NCBI RefSeq assembly: GCF_009914755.1
Contig: NC_060935.1
From: the human T2T-CHM13v2.0 reference genome, Homo sapiens
Direction: 5' to 3' (one strand)
DNA: 64,000 nt
Positions within the stretch are counted from its first letter, which is position 1; each line of letters opens with the position of its first letter. Under the pieces are notes generated by a model that was given only the letters and a program-made list of their open reading frames with translations, had not been told where the DNA came from and did no database searches. Positions 16,103 through 31,589 of the stretch are shown one piece after another. A program made the position numbers and the translations under genes.

Positions 16103-16770
16103 TTAAAAATCGCGGTTTGAGGCTCAGCTGCTGAGCTGCTGGTTAAAAGCCTCTTTCTTGGGTCTCTCAGCTTCCTGGGACTTTGGGGGCAGGTCTGCAT
16201 AAACTGCTTAGTTGTGGACCCCCCTCCAACAATTAGGTAGGGGACTACTCAGTATTCATCCATCGGTGTCCTCAGACCCCCAGACGGGGAGGCCCTGGGG
16301 CAACGCCAAGACTCACACCGGCGTCCTGGCGCCTTTGCCCTCAAGGGCCTGCAACTACCTCCTCCCCATTCGGAGCGGCCGCGGCCACATCCTTAACGCC
16401 AAGCCGGCACGCCAGGCAAAAGCGGCTCGGACGCCCTCACCCCACCTTCCGCACTCAGGGCCGAGGCTGTGCCTGGCCACCTGCTTCCCAGCACATGCAC
16501 ACACGCGCGCGCGCACACACCCACACACACGTACCCACGGCCGGCCGGGCTACCCGGACCACTTTGATCCGAAGGCACTGGAGGCCCAGAGGGAAGGAAA
16601 GGGAGGGGTGGCCGGAGCCCGCTAGCGCCCCAGGACAGCCTCGGGTTGCCCCAGGCGGTAGCCCTGTGGGACAGTGGTTCCCCGTCCGCGGCCTCGGGGG
16701 CGGGGCGTCTGTAGGCCTCGCCCCGCTGACGTCAGCCCTGCGGGGCGCTGGCGGAGCGGGCGGCGGAGCT

Positions 16771-16847
16771 GTCAGTCCCAGCCCAAGGGTAGCTGGAGGC
16801 GCGCAGGCCGGCTCCGCTCCGGCCCCGGACGATGCGGCGCGCCCAGG
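16771..16847 (+). other. IL10RA: IL10RA 5' UTR (approximate TSS at 16771)
   Basis: Initiator-like gTCAGTc at 16771 downstream of the GC box and CRE; the TSS position is partly from recall of the mRNA 5' end. Confidence 0.7.
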
Positions 16848-16914
16848 ATGCTGCCGTGCCTCGTAGTGCTGCTGGCGGCGCTCCTCAGCCTCCGTCTTGG
16901 CTCAGACGCTCATG
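16848..16914 (+). CDS. IL10RA: IL10RA exon 1 coding part (signal peptide)
   Basis: ATG at 16848 gives MLPCLVVLLAALLSLRLGSDAH+G; donor G|gtaagg at 16914/16915; 67 nt, phase 1. Confidence 0.98.
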
Positions 16915-17063
16915 GTAAGGCTCCGGGACGCGGCCCTTCCCTGCCCTGCCCTCTCCGCGCCCGCTCCATTAAAGTTCTCCATCCAGTGGAGAGCCCTGGC
17001 TGGCTGGCCCTCTGGCAGAGCGGTGCCCGGGTGCTCCCTTACTCTGGCAAACCTGGATCTCAG

Positions 17064-17193
17064 GCTCACCTGTTGTGGAAGTGGAAGAGGCTGAAATTGA
17101 CAGGAACTGACGGATTGGGAAGGATAGAGAAGTATGCGCAAGGCCAAACCCCCAACCCGCAAACCTCATCATCCACCCACTTCTAGATGAGCC
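17064..17193 (+). other. IL10RA: Probable alternative 130-nt cassette exon in IL10RA intron 1
   Basis: Acceptor gatctcag| at 17063 and consensus donor |gtaagt at 17194; inclusion gives an in-frame TGA at 17108-17110. Confidence 0.6.
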
Positions 17194-18700
17194 GTAAGTT
17201 TAGCTCTAGGTTTTTTGCTGTTTAGGTTCAAATGATGGGACTTCTTGTCCCCTTGGGGAATAATTTTGATCTCCTGACTCTCCCTTCTCTTAGTCGACTC
17301 TTCAACTAACCTCTGTCTGTCCTTCTCCCATCTCACCTTCATCCCTCACTGATCACCCCGATCTGATCCCCCTTGCTCCACCTGTAGCCCCCAACTCACT
17401 CCCACTGCCCCCTGCCTCTCTCCTCCTAACCCAGCCAGTTCAGGCTTCTAACCCAGTTCAGGCTCCTAACCCAGACAGTTCTCCGGCAAGGTTTCTGCAA
17501 CTAAGAAAAGTAAACCCCAGAGACAGAATGAAAGAGCCGGGAGTTGGAAGGACCAAGAGCAGAGACAGAGAGCAAGGACCGAAACTGCTTCTTCATGACA
17601 CCAAAATACAAAGTAAAACATGCAGTCAGCCATTCACGTGATCGAGAGCTGAGTCGGAGATGTGCAGCCCAAATACCACAACGACTCGCTGCATTTTTCA
17701 CTTTCCGTCTAATGTTTCGAAATCAAGGCACTGACGTGAAGATCAAAGACGGTATAAGAAAGAAAGCAAGAGACAGATGACAGAGTCCTCCCCCCCAAAA
17801 AATAAATAAAAAACAGGTGCATGATTAGAGAGATGTAGAGAAGTTAGAACACTAGGGAGCGGGAGCAGAGTCGCTGTCAAATGGAGAGAACTTAGAGGAT
17901 CAAGGAGGAGAGAAAGGGAACCAACCAGCCGTTGGCCTTGCACATACTTCAGTCTGCTTGATCAACAAGACTCTTAAAGTAGAAATGTTTGTTGCATTCT
18001 TACAAAGAAGACAATGCCTTCAGCAGTGTTTCCCATGGTGAATGGTGTGTACTGGGGGTAAAGGGAGAGTAGAGCTAGGAATTGGTATTGAGTATCTCTC
18101 CTCGGAGCTACAGGTGCCAGCTCTTGTGGGGATGTCCTCAGCCATGTGTAGAGCCAGAGCTGATTTATTCCATCTGTCCTTGCCCAGCCAGAGGTTGGAC
18201 ATCTGGCTATAGGCAAAGCCCTCCCAGAAACTAGGGAATGAGGCAAGCACTTAGCTTGGGGAGCCCAGGAGACCTATGAAGAGAAGGAGGCAGATGTCAG
18301 CAAGCAGGCTGTCTGTGTACTTAGTGAGGTGGCTTTGAGCTGGAGCCTGGGCCAAGCCAGGGTGGGGATCAGGTGTGTGGATGGGGCCAAGCCTAGGAAT
18401 AGTGCTAGAGCAGGGACAGGGATTGGGCAGAGCCAGGGACTAACACATCTGAGAGCTCATTGCCAACTTGCTTAGCCCTCGGCCCCTGCCTTCTTCCCTG
18501 GTAGGCATCAGACTCAGCTTGGCTCTTCTCAGCCCCCACTGCAGCTTCTGATCACAGAGAGCACAGGGCAGTGATTTAGGGAGACACACTAGCTCTAGAA
18601 TCAGACACATGTGGATTCATGTGCCCACTCTGCCCCTTACGGGCTCCACTGGCCTCGGGCGAGTCATAGCCTCTCTGAACCTCCCTTTCTTCTTTGGTAA

Positions 18701-18883
<183 letters not shown>

Positions 18884-19017
18884 TGAGGAAAAGGGAAGAG
18901 GGAGGGGGAGGGAGGAGTGAATCCCCGCCTTGTCCTCTACTCTCCTAGCATGGGAAGATACCTGCCTTGTTAATGAAGTGAGTGCCTGAGGGCCCCTAAC
19001 ACATAGCCAGCAGTTGA

Positions 19018-19618
<601 letters not shown>

Positions 19619-19821
19619 TAGACCACATGGAAATTGGTACGGGGTCCCAAGACCAAGGGAGACCCCTCACAATGAGCTGCCGTGGACTAGAGGATATAGC
19701 CTGAGGGCTGTCCCAGTTTCTCCCAATGTGGGAGCTCTCTTCCTGGCCTCTTGCGTCTCCCTTAAAGGAGGTAGGATTGAGCACAAGCTCGTTTCCAGTG
19801 CCTAACCTGGTATCTCCTCAG

Positions 19822-20000
19822 GTATGGAATAGAGTCCTGGAACTCCATCTCCAACTGTAGCCAGACCCTGTCCTATGACCTTACCGCAGTGACCTTGGAC
19901 CTGTACCACAGCAATGGCTACCGGGCCAGAGTGCGGGCTGTGGACGGCAGCCGGCACTCCAACTGGACCGTCACCAACACCCGCTTCTCTGTGGATGAAG
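19822..20000 (+). CDS. IL10RA: IL10RA exon 3
   Basis: Acceptor tctcctcag|; (R)[59 protein letters not shown]; donor G|gtgctt; 179 nt keeps the frame. Confidence 0.98.
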
Positions 20001-21293
20001 GTGCTTTTCCTCCCTTGACTTAGAACATGGCTCTGAAGTCCCTTCCAGCCAGGAACTCTAGTCTAGAGCTTTTCTGTCTATTACCATAGCTCACCATGTC
20101 TGCCAGCCTCCCTGGCCGGAGAACTAGTTGCCCAAACAGGGCAGGACTTTGGAGAATGTTAGATAAAAATAGCCCAAGTTGTTTGAGATTTAAAAGGGAA
20201 CTGGAGTTGTTTATCCTACAGAAGAGAGGTCTTGGGGTGGGTTGGGGCAGCTGAGTCACCAGGTCCAGGCCTGTGAACTTGTTTTTTCAGGGAGGGTTCA
20301 GGGAGAGGAAGCGAATCCATGAACACTCAGCATAGGGCAGCAAGCAGTAGGCAGAATTTGGGTGAACGCCCCGCTTCTTTAGGGGTGAACACCCAGGGGT
20401 CATCCCTTTGAAATGGGAAGTGCTACTAAAGAGAAGTTATGGATCCCTCTCTGGAGAGGTAAGAGGAAAGGATAAGCCCCCAACTCAGTGGGATTTTTCA
20501 TCCCACCAGTTGGGATTGAGAAAGTTTTGTGTGCATGGAGACCTCGCTCTGTAGGATTCAGAGTTAGAGCCGATGGTCTAGGAGGTCATTGGCTTCCAAA
20601 TGCCTGCCCACAGGCCACTGCTCAGCTGGTGCAGAAACGTTTCCCAGCAAGTGTGTTTAAAATATCTATTTCCAGGGCCCAGCCTCAGAAATTCAGACCA
20701 ACTGTGTCTTGAATGGGCCCAGGGCATCTGTATTTTTTTTTTTTTAACATTTTGTTCTTCTTTGTATTTTGATTTGAGCAAGGCAATTATAAAAAGACAT
20801 TTTTGAGGAAATCACCATATTTGTATATGAAATGGTTTTTAGGGCATATTACTAGGTATTTGTTTGTTACATGTGATAACAGCATGGTAGTTATATTTAC
20901 AAAGGTGTGATATGTGAGAGATACATACTTACGTAATTAGGAATTAAGTAATACAGTGCTTGGGATTTTTCTTTAAAATGCTAAAGTAAATTTCATGGGG
21001 GGATATTGATGACCCTCCCCTGCCACCAATTACTTCAAAATTGGCCTAGTGTTTGCAATTACTAAAGCTGGGACTTTGGAAATCATTATATTCTCTTCTA
21101 CTTTTCTGTCTATTGGAAATTTCTACATAAAAATATAATCAATGCAATTTATCACATTAACCATTTAAAAAAGAAAACAACATTTAAAAAGAAACTAAGC
21201 AAAGTTAAAGTAGAAAGAAAATGTCCTAACCTGTAGAAAGGTATCTATCTACACATATCTACCATAAATATTATGCTTAACAGTAAAGTGTTG

Positions 21294-21602
21294 GGCTGGG
21301 CTCGGTGGCTCACGGCTGTAATCCCAGCACTTTGGGAGGCCAAGGTGGGTGGATCACCTGAGGTCAGGAGTTTGAGACCAGCCTGGCTGACAAGGTGAAA
21401 CCCCATCTCTTCTAAAAATACAAAAATTAGCCGGGCGTGGTGGCGTGCACCTGTAGTCTCAGCTACTCAGGGAGGCTGAGGCAGGAGAATCACTTGAACT
21501 CAGGAGGCAGAGGTTGCAGTGAGCCAAGATCAAGCCATTGCACTCCAGTCTGGGTGACAGAGCGAGACTCTGTCTCAAAAAAACAAACAAATAAACAAAA
21601 AA
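21294..21602 (+). mobile_element. AluS in IL10RA intron 3
   Basis: Full Alu; flanks aacagtaaagtgttg repeated on both sides (TSD). Confidence 0.92.
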
Positions 21603-21634
21603 CAGTAAAGTGTTGAAAACGTTTTATAAAAAAG

Positions 21635-23420
21635 TTTTTCTTTTAATTGACAAGTAATAATTCTACATGTTTATGAGGTACAGTGTTATGTATACATAAT
21701 ACATGTATACCTTGTGGAATGATCAAATCAAGGTAATTAGAATATCTATCACCTCAAATATTTAGCATTTCTTTGTGCCAAAAACATTTAAAATATTATC
21801 TTTCAGCTATTTTGAAATATACAGTCCATTATTATTACTACAGTCACCTTGCCGTGCAATAGGCACCAGAACTTATTCCTCCTGTCTCACTGTAACTTGG
21901 TACCCCTCTCCTTGTTCCCTATCCACTTCTCCCACCTGCCTCCTTCCAGCTTCTGGTAACCGCTTCTACTCTCTACTTCTATGAATTGAATTCTAAAAGA
22001 ATTCTACTTAGATTCTATACATAAGTGAGATCTTATGGCATTTATCTCTTTGCACCTGGCTTATTTCGCTCATGATGTCCTCTAGGTCCATCTGTGTTGT
22101 CCCAAATGAGAGTTTCCTTTTTTTTCAATTTGAGACAAAGTCTTGCTCTGTCACCCAGGCTGCAGTGCAATGTCTTGATCTCATCTCACTTCAACCTCCG
22201 CCTCCCGAGTTCAAGAGATTCTCTTGCTTCAGCCTCCTTAGTAGCTGGGATTACAGGCACGTGCCACCATGCCCGGCTAATTTTTGTATTTTTAATAGAG
22301 ATGGGGTTTCACCATGTTGGCCAGGCTGGTCTCGGACTCCTGACCTCAAATGATCCACCCGCCTAAGCCTCCCAAAGTGCTAGGATTACAGGCGTGAGCC
22401 ACTGGGCCGGGCCTCAGTTTCCTATTTTTCAAGGCTGAATAGGATTCTGTTGTATATACATACCACATTTAAAAAACCCATTCATCCATTGGTGGGCATT
22501 TCCATATCTTGGCTGTTATGAATAATACTGCAATGAACGGGGGATACAGGTATCTCTTCAATACACTAATTTCAATATCTTTCGATATATACCCAGTAGT
22601 GGGAATTGCTGGATCACATGGTAGCTCTATTTTTAGATTTTCGAGGAACATCCATACTGTTTTCCATAATGGCTGAGAAATTCACCACCAGCGACGTGCA
22701 AGGGTTTCCCTTTTCACCACATCCTTGCCAATGCTTGTTACTTCCATCTTTTGGATAATAGCCAATCTAACAGGTGTGGAGTGGTATCTCATTGTGGTTT
22801 TAATTTGCATTTCTCTGATGATTAGAGATGTTGACCATTTTTTCATGTATCTGTTGGTCATTTGTATGTCTTCTTTTAACTGTCTATTCAAGTCCTTTAC
22901 CCATTTTAAAAACAGGTTTATTTGTTTTCTTGTTATTAAGTAGTATGAGTTCCTTGTATATTTTGGATATGAACCCCTTATTCAATGAACATTTGTAAAT
23001 ATTTTCCACCCATTCATAGATTGTGTCTTCACTCTAGTGGTTGTTTCTTTTGCTGTGCAGAAGCTCTTTAGTGTGATGCAATCCCATTTGTCTATTTTTG
23101 CTTTTGTTGCCTGTGCTTTAGGGATCGTATCCAAGAAATCTTTGCCCAGACCAAAGTCTTAGAACTTTGCCCCAGGTTTTCTTCTGGTGGTTTTTATAGT
23201 TTCAGGTGTTACATTTGTCTTTAATCCATTTTGTGTTGATTGTTGCGTAAGAGGTGAGACAAAGATCTATTTTCATTGTTCTGTTTGTGAATATCCAGTT
23301 TTCCCAACACCATTTGTTGAAGAGACTGTTCTTTTCCCATTGTGTGTTCTTGGCCCCTTTGTTGAAAATCAATTGTGGGTTTATTTCTGGGCTGTCCATC
23401 ATATTCCATTGGTTGATGCA
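21635..23420 (-). mobile_element. Old L1 (L1MA/MB-type) 3' end and ORF2 remnant, interrupted by an Alu
   Basis: Minus-strand ORF2-like peptides (EDIQM..STSLIIREMQIKTTMRYH; QLIFNKGAKNTQWEKNSLFNKWCWENW). Confidence 0.88.
22118..22413 (-). mobile_element. AluS inserted in the L1
   Basis: Reverse Alu; agtttcct on both sides. Confidence 0.9.
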
Positions 23421-23531
23421 TCTGATTTTAGGGTATATGTATTTTTAATGTGCTCCCCAAGAAGTCCTTACATTCTGCTGCATTGACAAACCCGTGGCCA
23501 AGTTTTAGGCCTAGGTTCTAATTAAGCTTAA

Positions 23532-23966
<435 letters not shown>

Positions 23967-24356
23967 TGAGATGCTCCTCAAAGGAATTGCCTACTAGGGC
24001 AATTGGGCACCCCAGAGCCCTTGTAGATGAAGCAATAAGGCTCTGAGAGGCTGTGTAACCTACCAGAGGGCGCCCCTGTTATGGGAGAGCTGGCATCTGC
24101 AAAATCCACCCTCTCTCCTCTCCACCACTGTTGATTCCAGCCCCTTCTGGGAAGATCTTCAGCATCTATAAAACACCGCTTTTTCTTTTAAAATACAAAA
24201 TAAAATTGTGGTCATTACAGAGATCATGTGCTGCATTGGTAATTGTGGGGTTTGTCATCTTAGACAAAGGATACTGAAGGGGGTTGGCTGAAATCACCTC
24301 TAAAGGCCCACCAGCTCTCAGTGTCCGTGTGCCATGAAATAAAAGGATTTTGTTAA

Positions 24357-24644
<288 letters not shown>

Positions 24645-25861
24645 TAGCTCTGCATCCTTAATAGGAGAGAGGTCCTACTGTCCTCATTTTAGAGATGAGG
24701 GAACTGAGGCTCAGTATTAGCAACTTCCTAGGGTTGCACAGCTAGGACTTGGTGGCAGAACCAGGTCTCTTGGATCTAGGGTCCTCCCACTGGAGCACAG
24801 CGGTGTTTCCCAACAACATCCCCCTCCCCCGGGGCCATCTTCAGTGAGCTGTGCTAGTTCCTGTTGTTACAGTCTTCTGCTGTTCTTCCTCAGAGCCAGG
24901 GATACAAAGGGCTTCTCCTTACTTCCCCTACTCTGCTCTGCTCCTCGCCAGAGCTGCTAAAGTCAGCAAATACTGCTCCAGGCTGTCAGTCAGGTGCCGG
25001 GGCTGTAGGGGGAGGGAGATAATAGAGGACATGGAGGCCACGGTCTTGCCTAGGAGGATCTTGCATCCTGGCTGGGGAGATAGAGTGTGCACAGAGGAGA
25101 CTGTAACAAGCAACTCTTATTGGACAGCAGATGAGATGTCCAGTGCCCAATGAAACATGCCAACAGTAAGTGCTCTGGGAGGGCCCAGTCCAGTGTGGGC
25201 AGAGTCTGGCAAAGGTGAAAGTGACTCCTGCTAGATCTGCAACAAATTTCAGTTTGTGAAGGACACTCAACAGCTCAGTGTCATTTAAGTCTCAATGCAG
25301 AGGAAGGCACTAAGTGGGTATCAGGCAGTCTTAAGAGTTTTTCATACATTCATTCACTGATACATGAAATAGTTCCAAATCTCAGCTTTACAACTTTTGA
25401 GGTATATGACTTTGGGCAAATTACTTAACTTCTATGTGCTTCAGGATCCTAATATGTAAAAATGGGGCTGATGATAGTATTTACCTCCTATAAGTATAAA
25501 AGTTAAAAGAATCTGATGGTATTGGTACATGGTCAGTGCTGTGTACTTCACAACTACCTTATGAGGTCAGTGGCTCTGACAGAGTAATTAATTTGTCCAC
25601 AATTGCACAGCTAGTAAGTGGTGAAGCTGGGACTTGAACCCAGATCTAGCAGCCCCCGGAGCCTCGATTCTTACCTGCTGTACCATCCTGCCTCACTGTT
25701 CTGTTTGCTGTGATGGGAGTCATGTGCAGAGAGCTGGAAGCAGTTAGCGCATCTCCTGAGGGAATCCTTCAGGGCATGGTTTGGAAGGCCAGGTAGGGAT
25801 TCGCAGAAACCTAGACACATCTAGAGTTGTGGCCTGTAGTTTGCCTTGGGCCACTCACTGA

Positions 25862-26215
<354 letters not shown>

Positions 26216-27018
26216 TGATTGGGAGATACCTTCATCAAGCGCTGTGGGGACAGAGGGAGGAAGTGAGCATGAAGCCCAGTACCGAGAATGTTGCCATCCA
26301 GTAGCTCAGATGAGACACATGGAATCACAAATCTCAATGACCACGAGCCATTTTGATATGATCTACTAGTAGTTGGCCATGGACTAGCCCCTGTGCATTG
26401 CATCTCTGATTATGAGGCACAGTTATTATCCCCATTTCATAAGTGAGGAAACTGAGGCACAGAGAGATTGTTACACACAGAGGGCCACACAGCCAGGAAG
26501 AGTCAGGGAGGGAACCCACTTTCCTACTGCTATTAGCCATGGGTGTTCCACAAGAGAGAAAGAAGGAAAGGCCAGAAGTGCTGGTCCTCGGGCTGCTGCC
26601 AGAGTGGGCCAGAGGAGAGAGGACACTGGGGGGCGGTGGGGATGCTGCGCCACTGGAGAGGGGATGCTGGCGGGGGACAGGGAGGGGCTCATGGAGGAGG
26701 CCAAGCCCTCCTCCCCTCCCAGGGTGTGTCCTCTTGCTACATTGTACTGACAAATGATACATTTGTGGCAAGCCAGTCTCCAAAACTCAGCTTGCAAAGA
26801 TTGGGCAGCATTTTCCAAACCTCGGCCTGGTCTCTGGCCTGGAGTTCAGGCCGCATTGAAGATTGCCCACCATAGCCTCCATAGCTGGCACTATTGCATG
26901 ATGGCTGAGGGATCAGCTGGGAAGGAACCAGCTCCGTCTGCAAGGCAGGGGCCCCACAACTGGAAGGGGAATCTCCAGAGCGATCCTGGGATCTCTAGGG
27001 AAAACAAGACGAGAGACA

Positions 27019-27262
27019 AGTGCAGTGGCACAATCTCAGCTCACTTGCAGCCTCACCCTCCCAGGTTCCAGTGATTCTCCTGCCTTAGCCTCCCGAGTAG
27101 CTGGGATTACAGGCATCTGCCACCATGCCTGGCTAATTTTTGTATTTTTAGTAGAGACGGGGTGTTGACCAGGCTGGTCTCGAACTCCTGACCTCCGGTG
27201 ATATGCCCACCTCGGCCTCCCAAAGTGCTAGGATTATAGGCATGAGCCACCGCACCCTGCCC
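27019..27262 (-). mobile_element. Partial Alu in IL10RA intron 6
   Basis: Reverse Alu lacking its tail. Confidence 0.85.
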
Positions 27263-28988
27263 CTTCTGTACTTTTGGATCACAGAACTGACTTGTCCTTG
27301 AGGGTTTTTTCTCTTCAGGATAAATATAGCTCAATCCCTTCATCTGATGATCGTAGTCATTACCACATGAATAAATTATAATGCACAGAGCACTGACACA
27401 TTCATTAGTTTGTTCTCATTCATTAGCTTGTTTGATTTGATCTTTCAACAGTTCATCAAGGTAAGTATTATTGGACAAGGAAGGGATTTCAAATCAGGAC
27501 AGTTGAGGATGAATTCCAGATGTGTTCTTTACTGTTGTGCCACTTTGTGCAAGTCATTTAACTTCTCTGAGCTTCAGTTTTCTCCTCTAGGAAATAGAGG
27601 TAATAATACTTCTCTTACAGAATTATTGGAGGGTAAAGTTCAATTCAACATATATTTATTGAGCACCTTCTATGTACCACACTTTGTTCTAAGCACTGTA
27701 GACACATTACAACATAAGGAGGCAGGTACTGTCATTATTTCCATGTTACAGATGAGGAACTAAAGCACAGAGAGGGTAAGTAATTTGGTCAGGGTGACAA
27801 AGCTGATAAGAGTCAGAGCTGGGATTTGAACCCAGGAAGTCTGGCTCTAGAGGACACATCCTAAATCACCAAGCAATGTGATAGGAATAGGGACTCAACC
27901 AATAAGAGCTGCATTTGAATCATCATGTACCAAGGAAATGAGGGCAGATGTGCAACAGTGAGTCAGTGAGTCAGTCGGCAGACCTTAGGAGGGCCTACTG
28001 TGTGCCAGCTCAGTTTAGACTCTGGAGACAGGGTAGTAAACAACACTAGACAGTTCCTGCCCTCAAGGAGTTTGTGTTCTTTTGGGAATGTGGAGTAAGT
28101 GAGTGTGTGTATGGTGAGAGACGAAAACAAACAAGTAAAATAATTCTAGGAACAAAGTGCTAGGAAGAAGTAACAGGGTTAATGTGGAGAGAGTGGCAGG
28201 AGTACTGCTTTAGGCAAGGTATTCAGGAAGGCTTTGCTGAAGAAGTGACATCTGAGCTGAGACCTAAGCCATGTACAGGACACAGCCATATAAAGTGCCG
28301 AGAGCATTTCAAGCAGGAGGGAGAGTGTGTGCAAAGGCCCTGAGGCAGCACGGTGCTTGATGTGTTCTGGGACAGAAAGAACACCAGTGTGGCTAGGGCA
28401 GAGGGGTTATGTGGCTTCCTTGAAACCCTTGGCAATTAACAGAGAGCAGCCCCTTCACTGTGAGTTCCACACTTGTGCCACTGCCCCACGCTGCAGCCAC
28501 CATGTTCGCGTGAGTCACTACTCGGGGAATAGAAAACTTAATTTGGTGTCTTACATCCAGAATTTTAGAAAATGAAGTAGGCAGGAGGGCATAGACTGGG
28601 ATACAATAGAATAAGAACTGCAGAAATATCGTGGCACAGCTCATAATGATGAGTATTATTTTGTGAAACTGGTTTCAGTTATTTACATACGGGTTATATA
28701 TACAAGTCATTATGCAACTTATTTCTGATTTTGAGTCATAGTCAAAAAAGTTTGAAACATGCTTCTAGATGGGTCTAGCCTGCTTTCAGGTTTGAAAAGC
28801 ACTGTGGATGGAGCCACCTGAGAGTTTTCACCATGCTCAGCAGACCTTGGTTCTGCCTGTTACTCCATCTGGGCCTGAGAATACAAGTTTCTTGTGTATC
28901 TGGCCTGAGCCAAACTGGGAATTGCATTAGGAGGAAAGCTGGATTCGAAAACAAAACAGAATACATTCCAGTGTAATTTAGACTGTAG

Positions 28989-30020
<1,032 letters not shown>

Positions 30021-31589
30021 CTCGGGCTGAGAGGCTGCTTTTGATTTTAGCCATGCCTGCTCCTCTGCCTGGACCAGGAGGAGGGCCCCTGGGGCAGAAG
30101 TTAGGCACGAGGCAGTCTGGGCACTTTTCTGCAAGTCCACTGGGGCTGGCCCCAGCCAGGCCCTGCAGGGCTGGTCAGGGTGTCTGGGGCAGGAGGAGGC
30201 CAACTCACTGAACTAGTGCAGGGTATGTGGGTGGCACTGACCTGTTCTGTTGACTGGGGCCCTGCAGACTCTGGCAGAGCTGAGAAGGGCAGGGACCTTC
30301 TCCCTCCTAGGAACTCTTTCCTGTATCATAAAGGATTATTTGCTCAGGGGAACCATGGGGCTTTCTGGAGTTGTGGTGAGGCCACCAGGCTGAAGTCAGC
30401 TCAGACCCAGACCTCCCTGCTTAGGCCACTCGAGCATCAGAGCTTCCAGCAGGAGGAAGGGCTGTAGGAATGGAAGCTTCAGGGCCTTGCTGCTGGGGTC
30501 ATTTTTAGGGGAAAAAGGAGGATATGATGGTCACATGGGGAACCTCCCCTCATCGGGCCTCTGGGGCAGGAAGCTTGTCACTGGAAGATCTTAAGGTATA
30601 TATTTTCTGGACACTCAAACACATCATAATGGATTCACTGAGGGGAGACAAAGGGAGCCGAGACCCTGGATGGGGCTTCCAGCTCAGAACCCATCCCTCT
30701 GGTGGGTACCTCTGGCACCCATCTGCAAATATCTCCCTCTCTCCAACAAATGGAGTAGCATCCCCCTGGGGCACTTGCTGAGGCCAAGCCACTCACATCC
30801 TCACTTTGCTGCCCCACCATCTTGCTGACAACTTCCAGAGAAGCCATGGTTTTTTGTATTGGTCATAACTCAGCCCTTTGGGCGGCCTCTGGGCTTGGGC
30901 ACCAGCTCATGCCAGCCCCAGAGGGTCAGGGTTGGAGGCCTGTGCTTGTGTTTGCTGCTAATGTCCAGCTACAGACCCAGAGGATAAGCCACTGGGCACT
31001 GGGCTGGGGTCCCTGCCTTGTTGGTGTTCAGCTGTGTGATTTTGGACTAGCCACTTGTCAGAGGGCCTCAATCTCCCATCTGTGAAATAAGGACTCCACC
31101 TTTAGGGGACCCTCCATGTTTGCTGGGTATTAGCCAAGCTGGTCCTGGGAGAATGCAGATACTGTCCGTGGACTACCAAGCTGGCTTGTTTCTTATGCCA
31201 GAGGCTAACAGATCCAATGGGAGTCCATGGTGTCATGCCAAGACAGTATCAGACACAGCCCCAGAAGGGGGCATTATGGGCCCTGCCTCCCCATAGGCCA
31301 TTTGGACTCTGCCTTCAAACAAAGGCAGTTCAGTCCACAGGCATGGAAGCTGTGAGGGGACAGGCCTGTGCGTGCCATCCAGAGTCATCTCAGCCCTGCC
31401 TTTCTCTGGAGCATTCTGAAAACAGATATTCTGGCCCAGGGAATCCAGCCATGACCCCCACCCCTCTGCCAAAGTACTCTTAGGTGCCAGTCTGGTAACT
31501 GAACTCCCTCTGGAGGCAGGCTTGAGGGAGGATTCCTCAGGGTTCCCTTGAAAGCTTTATTTATTTATTTTGTTCATTTATTTATTGGA

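Larger units (their letters stand above)
16280..16970. promoter_or_regulatory. IL10RA: CpG island / TATA-less promoter of IL10RA
   Basis: Dense CpG and high GC content; Sp/KLF GC box GGGGCGGGGC at 16697-16706; full CRE TGACGTCA at 16727-16734. Confidence 0.9.

Noticed and set aside
16674-17186. 170-aa ORF through exon 1
   Set aside because: It starts at a non-ATG codon upstream of the TSS and reads through the donor; only 16848-16914 is real coding sequence
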